From the IMG/VR virus record IMGVR_UViG_3300044846_005229, positions 1 to 64,000 of that record: DNA of 64,000 bases. One strand, given 5' to 3'. Shown in pieces: positions 28,401 through 36,038 of the stretch (positions are counted from its first letter, which is position 1; each line of letters begins with the position of its first letter). A model generated the notes under the pieces. The model was not told the origin of the DNA, did not search any database, and saw only the letters and a program-made list of their open reading frames with translations. A program made the translations under genes and the position numbers.

Positions 28401-29422
28401 TTCTGCATCTCCGGGTCTTGGAATGCGCCTGTAAAGATAGGGTTGTTCCTAAAGGCTACATATTTTTGGAACATCTTCGGACCAATAGCCGGGGCATTAA
28501 TCAATTGTTCGATGAGCTGGGGGGTTCCCAAAGGTGATTTAGTTGGGTTGCCCATACCAATCAATACGGACTTCTCTGTTAACTTCTGGATTAGAACTCC
28601 CAAAGAATCCATCTTATCGCCAACTTTAGCCCCAAACTCCTGGCCCAATTTTGTGAACCCCTTTGGGTCATTTCCCATTGCGGTCATTACCGTGTCAGAG
28701 AGCAACTTCCCCTGCTTAACGTAATCTTCAGTGGCCCCTGGTAAAGCAGCAGCAGATTGTGCGAGCTTGTAGTTAATTCTCTGCAGTTCTCTCATTGCTG
28801 AAGAGAAGTTTGGGAACATGTTCAGCCCCTTACGTTGACTGATGGCAAACAAACCCCCAGCAGCCTGGATATCTGACATTTCATCTTTAATTCGTTCCCC
28901 AAATGCGCTTGCAAAATACTGGAAGGGTTTCTCCATTAGGTTGACACCCATTTGGAAGCCGCTCAGTATGGCCCCGGAAATTGTGTTGGCAATCTGGTAG
29001 CCCACGATCTGTGAGGCGAACCCATCACCACCATATCCACCACGGCCATAGCCCCTTCTACCATATCCACCACCGCCCCCGGTAGAGCGACCACCACCAC
29101 CATAACCACCACCACCACTGCTACGTTGAGTCTGATTCAATCTTTGGGCAGCAGCATTGGCAGCATTGAGGGCCCTGGTATAGCTATTCATTGCTGTAGT
29201 AGCTGCCCTTAGTTGAGGTGCCCTAGACGACAATGAGTTGTTGAAGTTCCTACTATTGGTTGTCAATTGAGCCATCTGAGTATTCAGTGGCGCCACAGCT
29301 TGACCCAGGGTTTGGAAGTTTGTCCGTAGTTGGTTTAAGGCACTGTTAATCCGGTTTAACTCGGGAGTAATATTATCAGTAAAATTCCCGATTAAGGTAA
29401 ATTGTCTTTGTGTATTACTCAT
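25436..29422 (-). CDS. Tape measure protein with C-terminal lysozyme-like domain
   Basis: 1328 aa, helical Ala/Gly-rich; LLSVIRFAEGT...YQTLFGG...SAAAGAYQIMPDTY...LAPEWASFP (lambda-lysozyme-like). Confidence 0.85.
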   Translation of the reverse strand: MSNTQRQFTLIGNFTDNITPELNRINSALNQLRTNFQTLGQAVAPLNTQMAQLTTNSRNFNNSLSSRAPQLRAATTAMNSYTRALNAANAAAQRLNQTQRSSGGGGYGGGGRSTGGGGGYGRRGYGRGGYGGDGFASQIVGYQIANTISGAILSGFQMGVNLMEKPFQYFASAFGERIKDEMSDIQAAGGLFAISQRKGLNMFPNFSSAMRELQRINYKLAQSAAALPGATEDYVKQGKLLSDTVMTAMGNDPKGFTKLGQEFGAKVGDKMDSLGVLIQKLTEKSVLIGMGNPTKSPLGTPQLIEQLINAPAIGPKMFQKYVAFRNNPIFTGAFQDPEMQKKLAATKAGGPDRVRVVMELLDMILPNEVIQAYKNSTSGFLEAFRSSFLDPEVGLFGLGRKFGKIGKSIDEYGRYLNKQGQVVKDAALAAEEDYSLFEIISKIIKGFGLPLSELTAILPQIWDPLRSIAELMMPMMNAAQDFYRNFIYYTKGFENIANSMGLNSPAGQAIKKTAGARGFVLALTNFIRVLDDKFGLKGFYGVREKLMRPNADLAGITKDLFAKLFQTDFPYFIGKTIGGAIGSTIKMLGDIMSGATNIVATGPFAEGLAEGWKATKGSEGVKLVFESLFKVIGNTIQTLFQAAPMQMSILAALTVGMPIIQQIITFGLLSLFGRLGTFIERGLGAAPRLMARASATVRGLPGVISGAPRSVGLGLARSVSGLAMGGAANIGGLARGVAATNIAKIGETFRGLSGRLLLFGAALQTIISLFQGKNVFDSLASGAGPAIGAAIGSVLLGWIPIVGPLLGAVLGAKFGQLLEKPLSEIFKNIWGSFQGLMKSVEIVFKLFGDLSRALGKAVPGINAMGIAMAPFTLAFQALEMGLKGLATLLAWVRMKFNQPGAWKDFDEAKRGEMSSRARINAYNDSLRGSGVLKSGITGAQAEINTKKNLDIYRIVELKAYIEEAKAILGGKPSGSTTSATGGPSPAQITAAATSNVQTATNIAKINPNTARTATETARTAKNTQTSATTLGNLKSALFVISNKMDILNSMLFALEQISTTLKNEQASSSSRSLMGLDLLAGSSGTIAMGSLSPKLKALLSVIRFAEGTSGPRGYQTLFGGSMFSDMSRHPDKVIRSGGYASAAAGAYQIMPDTYKSLGGGRFTEVDQDRMALQLIARRGINLSSFDFSPSSINKLAPEWASFPTLSGKSYYNQPVKSYDTLKKMYDQYLRQYTQQDLSGKGSVAMAPGSSNPAFFSTRQQAEAWEKKMMPAGAKVATYTMNSSEGFGGMNINAPITIYQQPGQDPEELATIVVTRLSMAVEQMRNHYA

Positions 29423-30840
29423 CTATTTCCCCCTTGTCTTTGATCCTGAGGGTCTATACCCCCCCTAACATTTGGGTTAGATGCCGGTGTTTGTACGCCC
29501 GCAACCTGTCGGGCAGTTTCATTATTACTGGAAAGTAATTTAGAGACAGCATCAGACACAGCAGGCAAAATCGACGTTCGCCCAATTAACGCAATATTGG
29601 CAAGATCCCTGCCACTAGTAACCTGATAAGGTGGCACCTGAACAAATGAAACGTCAACCGTAGCCCTCGTTGTACTTCCCGATAAATCCCTCATCAATTC
29701 CTTTACATTAACGCTCTTAATCACAAAGTACCCGCCATCAGCACCGTTCAACCCATTTCCATACAGTTTATTATTTGCCTGGACGTAATAGACTGGGACT
29801 TTAATGTATTTGTTTTTGGTATCTAGGGCGAAATTCATTAAATTTTCTAATCTAGCAATTTTATCCTCAACTGACCTGCCCCTTGAAAAACCCTCCACAA
29901 GGGCATCTGACAGTGTAAGGTCTCTCATGCTTTTTGACCCCGAGATAACGGGCGGCTGATTAGTACCAAACATAGGGACACGCTCGACTTGGGCTTCACT
30001 GTTCCATGAGATACTTTCCGGAGCACAAATGAAATTCCAACCACCAGAGAGTGACTCCGCGAGAGACACACTAAGGTCAGAATTTGCAAAAAGATCCCCT
30101 AAAGGTAACCCCCCAGAACCTGACAAGTAATTAAAAAATTCTTCACTCCCTACTAAGGAAAACTTACCTTTAAAATCAGGCAGAGACAAGGCAAGATCCA
30201 TCTCCTTAGAGAAAGCGGCAGCCGTGTCAAAATTTGATGCCGCTATATAACCCCCTGACGTTTCAGCAAAGGCCTCCCTAGCATTTAAACTTGCTTTTGA
30301 TTTTGGATTAACTAACCAAGATGCAGATTCCCTAGCAGCCCCTGAAAGAGCTGGTATAATAGAAAAAGTTACATCAGGTCCATTTAACCCCTTTGTGAAA
30401 ATTGTAGACCCATAATTAGCTACTGGTTCATTGGATGCGCCTGGAAACCACCTGCTGGATTTCCCGCTACCTACTGCTACTCCACTTATGTCCCCCAATA
30501 GATTCTGAAATACGTTACTAGCTGCAGTCTGAGCTAAATTTATTCCAATATTCCCTAAAACTCCCCCTTCCCCTGATGGTGATAAAGTATCAGTCAAAAA
30601 TTGATTGAAAAGTTGTCCCCCAGCAGAAAGAGCGCTCCTCTCGATTGATGGCAGAATATTATCGAATGCTGTAGGCTCCACCCCGAGAATCTGTCTCCAT
30701 TCCTCTGGAGTTACTTGATTCAATGCGACGTTAATAACAGACCCGCCTAAAGTTTGAACTATGCTATTCCCTAAGCTATTAATGGCCCCATTAGCCGTAA
30801 TGGGGAATGTAGGGATCACCCCACCAGAAAAATTAGCCAT
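29419..30840 (-). CDS. Tail tube initiator/baseplate-type structural protein
   Basis: C-terminal APESISW...RDLTL...YFVIKSVNVKELMRD...RATVDVSFVQ; directly upstream of tape measure. Confidence 0.5.
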   Translation of the reverse strand: MANFSGGVIPTFPITANGAINSLGNSIVQTLGGSVINVALNQVTPEEWRQILGVEPTAFDNILPSIERSALSAGGQLFNQFLTDTLSPSGEGGVLGNIGINLAQTAASNVFQNLLGDISGVAVGSGKSSRWFPGASNEPVANYGSTIFTKGLNGPDVTFSIIPALSGAARESASWLVNPKSKASLNAREAFAETSGGYIAASNFDTAAAFSKEMDLALSLPDFKGKFSLVGSEEFFNYLSGSGGLPLGDLFANSDLSVSLAESLSGGWNFICAPESISWNSEAQVERVPMFGTNQPPVISGSKSMRDLTLSDALVEGFSRGRSVEDKIARLENLMNFALDTKNKYIKVPVYYVQANNKLYGNGLNGADGGYFVIKSVNVKELMRDLSGSTTRATVDVSFVQVPPYQVTSGRDLANIALIGRTSILPAVSDAVSKLLSSNNETARQVAGVQTPASNPNVRGGIDPQDQRQGGNR

Positions 30841-31496
30841 CAGGACCACCCCCTATTGCGTACTTTTCGGTGTTGGGGCGCCTTCTTCTTATTTTTTATG
30901 TCGGTGTTCTTTTCTAAGGAATCCAACGATTTCTCGTCCATCCTATAGGTACACACCCAGCCCTGCTCAGTAGGTAAGATCTCAAATAGGAACTTGTATT
31001 TATCAAATTTAAATGAACCAGAAAAGGTTCCGTCCTCGTCCTGTAGGAAATTATTCTTTGGAGACGGAAAATTCCCGGACCTATCCCTTATCGTATCCAC
31101 CTTCTCACCAAACACACTATAAATCACCGCTGACAGAACCTTCTGGGCTCTTTCAGACGAACTCAAATTATCTTCAACAAAGTCTAATGATTCCTCTTGT
31201 CCATTAGAAAAAATACCACCCAAGTCAAGGTGCTCTATGGATTCAGGATCAGGCCAAAAATCAGGCTCTACTTTACTTAGCAATTCGATGGCTTCATCTA
31301 GCTCCCAATTTTCTAACTCACCATCTATAGAAAACTTAGAAAAAGCCGACAGCAACGATACATCCCCATCCTGGAAGCAATGGCTAAAATGCTCAGAGTA
31401 AGTCTCAGGAACGCATTCAAAATCCCCACGACTAGCTTCGTAAAGAAGACGAGCCATAGGGAGTGCTTTTGCTAGGTATGCTGAATCGGGATTCAT
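30840..31496 (-). CDS. Hypothetical protein
   Basis: 218 aa; TGATG coupling to next gene; GGGTAAA motif 24 nt upstream. Confidence 0.6.
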   Translation of the reverse strand: MNPDSAYLAKALPMARLLYEASRGDFECVPETYSEHFSHCFQDGDVSLLSAFSKFSIDGELENWELDEAIELLSKVEPDFWPDPESIEHLDLGGIFSNGQEESLDFVEDNLSSSERAQKVLSAVIYSVFGEKVDTIRDRSGNFPSPKNNFLQDEDGTFSGSFKFDKYKFLFEILPTEQGWVCTYRMDEKSLDSLEKNTDIKNKKKAPQHRKVRNRGWS

Positions 31497-31520
31497 TCAT
31501 TGATGTTTATCTAAAGGAGT

Positions 31521-31527
31521 TTTACCC
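31521..31527 (-). promoter_or_regulatory. GGGTAAA putative phage late-promoter motif
   Basis: 24 nt upstream of ATG 31496; one of more than ten similarly spaced copies. Confidence 0.55.
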
Positions 31528-31595
31528 CCCCTACCCATGGTTACCAGAACAAAATACCAAGAGTCAAATACCCAATGTCAAATACCAGACACCAA

Positions 31596-32564
31596 TCAAG
31601 TAGAAACCGGAATTTCCAAACAAATCTTAGCAAAGGCCTTTACTGCCTGGTCGTAATGGTCGTTCCTAGTATTATGCTCAGGATTGTTGATTTCGGAATA
31701 AAAAGCTTTGTCCCATAGCAACTCATCGATGTTCCATTTAGGGTTTGGTTCACACAAGTCAAACAACTCGATAGGGCTACCCTTAACAGCATTATCGCAC
31801 ATGTCACCGGCAGCAGCTTTATGTTTAGCTAGTTCCCTAGGGTGCCCAATGTCAACTTTCATCCTATGTTTAGCCCACTCAGCAACGCCAATTTCCCCGT
31901 TAAGTTGCTCTTGGATTTTTTCATTGGGGCGACATGCTCGTGTGTTTGAGAAGTAAATTTGGTTCTTATCATCGCACAACTGAGTCCAATCTCTATCAAC
32001 AGTGTGAAGCAAGATTTGGCGTTTGTGAATAACGTCGTTGGGTTCCCCCTTGTGGGATGCCCTACAGATACTGCCTGCTATGTCATCAGCTTCATAACCA
32101 AGACGCCAAAACCACGGAAAATACATTTGGCAGTAATTCCTACCTTCATTGTAGACAAACCAGAATGCATCTGATTTCTCACTCCGTGTCCCTTTATAGT
32201 GAGTGGCAAGTTCTTTGACATCGACTCCCCCAGCTGCCGCATAATCGACCCATGCTTGTTGAACTACTTCGGATTCTTTCATGAAATCGTCCCTCCAGTA
32301 GTTATTTGTTTCTGGATTGCGATAATCTGCAGCAAACACAATACGGTAAGGGTGTCTCTTCATGAACTGTGGACCGCGATTTACGAAAAGTGCCCAAGCT
32401 CCACGAACCAGCTTCTTTTCGACTTCTTTGCTGAAGGATCCTTCAATTTTTGATTCATACCAACCCAAAACGGCAAAGCACATGACGTTAAAGTCAATGA
32501 CTAGAAGGGGGCTAGGGGAAGTCTTTAAGACGATAGTTTTTTCGAGTTTGGGCCTGTCCGTCAT
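31596..32564 (-). CDS. 5'-3' exonuclease / flap endonuclease (T4 RNase H-like)
   Basis: LLVIDFN, GYEADDIAG, TVDRDWTQL, GDMCDN acidic motifs. Confidence 0.8.
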   Translation of the reverse strand: MTDRPKLEKTIVLKTSPSPLLVIDFNVMCFAVLGWYESKIEGSFSKEVEKKLVRGAWALFVNRGPQFMKRHPYRIVFAADYRNPETNNYWRDDFMKESEVVQQAWVDYAAAGGVDVKELATHYKGTRSEKSDAFWFVYNEGRNYCQMYFPWFWRLGYEADDIAGSICRASHKGEPNDVIHKRQILLHTVDRDWTQLCDDKNQIYFSNTRACRPNEKIQEQLNGEIGVAEWAKHRMKVDIGHPRELAKHKAAAGDMCDNAVKGSPIELFDLCEPNPKWNIDELLWDKAFYSEINNPEHNTRNDHYDQAVKAFAKICLEIPVST

Positions 32565-32788
32565 CTTGGCATGGGGAGATCAATGTAGTGTGTTGGAAGT
32601 CCGACTTCCTGCTCTTGGAATCTGGAGTCTGGGAGGCTTAGCCATTCCCCGGACCTGAATTCCCACACATCACAATCTACCATGGAGAAAGTTCCGTCAT
32701 TGGCAGGGAATGCTACGATGTAGTCTTTGTCTGTTGTGGGATAATCTTCGGCGATTTTCCAAAATCCTTTTACGATCTGATTGTTCAT
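32561..32788 (-). CDS. Hypothetical protein
   Basis: 75 aa with overlapping start/stop on both sides. Confidence 0.55.
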   Translation of the reverse strand: MNNQIVKGFWKIAEDYPTTDKDYIVAFPANDGTFSMVDCDVWEFRSGEWLSLPDSRFQEQEVGLPTHYIDLPMPR

Positions 32789-33642
32789 TGATTTGAGAGT
32801 TGACTTTGAAGCGTAGTTACTATGGACTTGAGGTCTTCAATTTCCTCGTGCAGGATGGAGATTTCCCCCTTAAGCTTGGCAATTTGCTCATCGTGTTCCT
32901 TATCCTTGTAGAGAAGGCTGCCTGTTTGGGGATCAAACAACGAATCGTAAATCGTAGGGAATTGAGTCGCAAACACCGAACGTACAGCTCTGGCAAGTTC
33001 TACGTGTTCCCACTGAGCTACCCCTTGATCGTCCCTTACGTTGATGTAATGGATGAAAGAACGAACGTTACCGGTGATATAGAGACGGGTATATACACCT
33101 TCAGGGAGAACAAAACGTGCTAGTTCTTTGGCGATACCCCGATCAAGAAGATTATTGTAAGCAGTGATAGCAGCTTTGTAAGCAAACTCAAACTCAGCCC
33201 ACATGAAGTCAGTTAGACTATTATCTTCGGCGACAAAACTATTTTGCCGGTTCTTGGTATCCTGAACTCTCGCTTCTTCGGGCATGTAGAATAGGTCCTT
33301 GTAGGTAGGGAGACCATTGGTGTAGTTCCCCATGAAACCTTGATCTTCATACCTCCCAGAAAATTGCTGAAAGCAAAAAGACCGGTGCCTTAGTGCCTGA
33401 ATTGAGATAGCCAGAGGGGTGATGACTTCGACTGACATTGTCGCATTTTCAAACACACTCCAATGTCCATGTTTAGCGCAATGCTTTAGTAGACCCGAGA
33501 TTTTAGGGTTGCTTTGATCTTTGCTTGTCACCCTCGCAATGTATGCAATGTGCTCCTCAGCATTGGGGGTAACGGTAACGAGACGGGACTTGCTAGACCC
33601 CTCAATAAACCAGGGATTGTTATTTTCCATTAGTAAATTCAA
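32785..33642 (-). CDS. thyX: FAD-dependent thymidylate synthase
   Basis: GHWSVFE; RHRSFCFQQFSGRY (RHRx7SxR); ARFVLP; NVRSFIHY. Confidence 0.93.
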   Translation of the reverse strand: MNLLMENNNPWFIEGSSKSRLVTVTPNAEEHIAYIARVTSKDQSNPKISGLLKHCAKHGHWSVFENATMSVEVITPLAISIQALRHRSFCFQQFSGRYEDQGFMGNYTNGLPTYKDLFYMPEEARVQDTKNRQNSFVAEDNSLTDFMWAEFEFAYKAAITAYNNLLDRGIAKELARFVLPEGVYTRLYITGNVRSFIHYINVRDDQGVAQWEHVELARAVRSVFATQFPTIYDSLFDPQTGSLLYKDKEHDEQIAKLKGEISILHEEIEDLKSIVTTLQSQLSNQ

Positions 33643-34259
33643 AAATTCAAATCAATTTCATCTGCGCTGGCTTTAGCCGGATCGTACAAACCAGACATTA
33701 ATTCCAGTACTTTTAAGGTGGAAAGACAGTCGGACATGGCATCGTGCGCCGGAAGTGCTGAGAGATTTGGCAACCTTTGCCACTTAAATCCATCCTTCTT
33801 ATCGCTCCACTCACCACTCCACTCCGAGTATCTATCCATGGCACAGGATACTCCTGAAGTCTTAGGGGGTTCGAGATTGTACTTCTTGTACAGGTGCCAT
33901 AAAAGCTTCAAGTCAAAATCCGCGTTATAGGCAATAAGGTGCTTGCCATCGAGGATAAACGACAGCATTTTGGCGATTTGCGGAAAAATCGGGGCATCCA
34001 TAACCATTTCATTGGTGATTCCGTGGATGTCGATTAGCTCTTGTGATAGTGGCTTACTCGGCTTCACAAGCATAGAAAAGGTTGGGCGACCCTGCATGTT
34101 GACGACAGAGATTTGCACGACTTCCGTATCAGGGCCCTTGCTGAGGATGCCAGTGGTCTCAACGTCCAGGATTAGGGATTTTCTGTCCCCTAGGCGCTCG
34201 TTAGCCCAATTTTCTGAGTTTTTCTTAAACTCTGCTAGTTTTTCTTCTGATGGTTTCAT
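33639..34259 (-). CDS. DEDDh 3'-5' exonuclease (DnaQ-like)
   Basis: LDVETTG, AYNADFD, AHDAMSDC. Confidence 0.9.
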   Translation of the reverse strand: MKPSEEKLAEFKKNSENWANERLGDRKSLILDVETTGILSKGPDTEVVQISVVNMQGRPTFSMLVKPSKPLSQELIDIHGITNEMVMDAPIFPQIAKMLSFILDGKHLIAYNADFDLKLLWHLYKKYNLEPPKTSGVSCAMDRYSEWSGEWSDKKDGFKWQRLPNLSALPAHDAMSDCLSTLKVLELMSGLYDPAKASADEIDLNF

Positions 34260-34280
34260 TTTTGAGGTTTACTCATTGCT

Positions 34281-34308
34281 ATTGTAGCAAGTTGCCATGG
34301 AAAGTCAA
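34281..34308 (-). promoter_or_regulatory. Sigma70-type promoter
   Basis: TTGACT-16 nt-TACAAT on minus strand. Confidence 0.6.
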
Positions 34309-34484
34309 TGCTCTTCCTCGTACTCCCTGCCGATTCGCTCTCTCCACTCTAAAACCTTAGTGAAAGCATTGATTAGATCCGTAGAGAAACCTCTTACGTG
34401 CTCTATTTCCTCGGGGCCATCCCAAAGCTCAAACTCATAGTATTCTTTGCCGTTGGAGAAGCCGTTTTTAATTTCGATTTTCAT
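34305..34484 (-). CDS. Small hypothetical protein
   Basis: Likely start MKIEIKNG at 34484. Confidence 0.5.
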   Translation of the reverse strand: MKIEIKNGFSNGKEYYEFELWDGPEEIEHVRGFSTDLINAFTKVLEWRERIGREYEEEH

Positions 34485-34845
34485 GATTAACTTTTGGTAG
34501 AATTCCGTAATCAGTTGACCCAAATAATCCCCTATCAATTGATTTACCCCCCATCCTTCTGTAAGGGTAGACCAACCCGGTGAATCTTATTCGTTCGTTT
34601 TGGCTAGGTAACTTACCTATTTGCTGTAATTGCTTTTTAAGTATCCACATGTGGTCAATAGCTATAGATTCCCCAAATGGCACTGGGGTGACAATGAGAT
34701 TAACAAGTAAGATGGAATCAAGATCTTTCCTCTTCTCATGACATTTGAATTCTTTCACCCTACCAGAGCATTCCACGGTGGTCCCATTTAAGAACTCAAG
34801 GTCGGTTCTTTGTCGGATTACGGAGTTTGACATAGTACCACTCAC
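34468..34845 (-). CDS. Hypothetical protein
   Basis: 125-aa ORF. Confidence 0.5.
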   Translation of the reverse strand: MSGTMSNSVIRQRTDLEFLNGTTVECSGRVKEFKCHEKRKDLDSILLVNLIVTPVPFGESIAIDHMWILKKQLQQIGKLPSQNERIRFTGLVYPYRRMGGKSIDRGLFGSTDYGILPKVNHENRN

Positions 34846-34873
34846 TACAGTAGTTATAGCACATACGACTAAG

Positions 34874-34880
34874 GGGTAAA
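34874..34880 (+). promoter_or_regulatory. GGGTAAA motif on plus strand
   Basis: 25 nt upstream of ATG 34906 of the only intact plus-strand gene. Confidence 0.6.
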
Positions 34881-34905
34881 AGTATTGTTAGCAAACCAAG
34901 AAACC

Positions 34906-35658
34906 ATGACGATAGGTAAAACCACTTTTGGCCTCAATAAAGGTGAGTATTCCGATAAAATAACTAGGATCATTGATAACCATAGGACCAATAGCCGCTT
35001 GATTGGGGTTCCGAAAGATTTTGTTCTCCGTTCATGCCGACTGACGGAACAGTGGATGAAGCTATCGAATGAGAACGATGTAGAAGTTTACATCCGTAGC
35101 ATCGACATTGCTGGCGGAAGAAAAATTAAAATGATTTCCCTAGAAAGAGGGACAACCAAACAGCCGGTTGGCAAACTAAAGCTGATAGACATGTTGTACC
35201 CACCTAAAAAAATCGGAACCGCCCCATCTCCGGAAGAGAAACATTATAATGCCGTTCGAGCATCAATGAGGCTAGCGGTCAATGATCAGTTAAAGGGATT
35301 TAGATCGTCTATTTCACTGCCAATTACCTGCATGATAACTGGAAAGACCATTAGGAATGGGGTCAAGACAGACGTTGATCACGTTCTGTTGAGTTTCTCT
35401 GAAATTGCAGACTCTTTCATGGCTTCTAGAGGTTTGGTTTATGCTGATGTGCCCCTAGTGGGCCCTCCCACGGCTAAAAAGTTTAAAGACCAGCAACTAT
35501 GGAAAGATTGGCAAGAGTTTCATAGGGGTGCTGCCAAATACGCATTGGTCTTAGCTAGTGCTAACCGAAGCAAAGGATGTGGAACTTATTGCACGCCCAT
35601 GTCCCTAATTGGTTCATTTTCAAAACAAGGTCCTGAGGATTTGTCCTTAGATTTTTAA
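34906..35658 (+). CDS. DUF3223/DCL-like protein with possible His-Me nuclease-like motif
   Basis: KTDVDHV..SFSEIADSF...W.EFH...A...LVLASAN..K; likely start MTIGK at 34906. Confidence 0.5.
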   Translation: MTIGKTTFGLNKGEYSDKITRIIDNHRTNSRLIGVPKDFVLRSCRLTEQWMKLSNENDVEVYIRSIDIAGGRKIKMISLERGTTKQPVGKLKLIDMLYPPKKIGTAPSPEEKHYNAVRASMRLAVNDQLKGFRSSISLPITCMITGKTIRNGVKTDVDHVLLSFSEIADSFMASRGLVYADVPLVGPPTAKKFKDQQLWKDWQEFHRGAAKYALVLASANRSKGCGTYCTPMSLIGSFSKQGPEDLSLDF

Positions 35659-35982
35659 TCATGGACCAGGGGCAACATAAGTCTCAGTTAAGGGGACGCC
35701 CCTCCAGTCTTCTCCATCGAACAACCAGAGCATGGGTACACCGGGATCAGCACCGTCTGGTTGAACCCAAGATTCACCTAAGCAAGGGTCCGGAGTTGGG
35801 GGATTTTCACCCACTGCGGTGGGGCCAATTTTTATAAGTTCAGTGCCAGCAGAGTCTGCAAAAAACAAACCAGGCTGTTCTATGTTCGTATTAACGGCAG
35901 GTTGTCCCTGCAGCAGAAGGGTTGGATCGGGTCGAACACCGAGGGTGCTCTTCCTGAGGATTTGAATAGGGGTGAAGGTCAT
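35659..35982 (-). CDS. Short structural protein consisting of a fibre N-terminal module
   Basis: KSTLGVRP...GQPAVNTN...PGLFF...IKIGPTAV...GESW, same module as N-terminus of 40223..45046. Confidence 0.6.
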   Translation of the reverse strand: MTFTPIQILRKSTLGVRPDPTLLLQGQPAVNTNIEQPGLFFADSAGTELIKIGPTAVGENPPTPDPCLGESWVQPDGADPGVPMLWLFDGEDWRGVPLTETYVAPGP

Positions 35983-36038
35983 TATAAGGGGTCAGTGTTT
36001 TTGTCTAAATGTTTTTGTAATTTCAAAGTAACATATAA

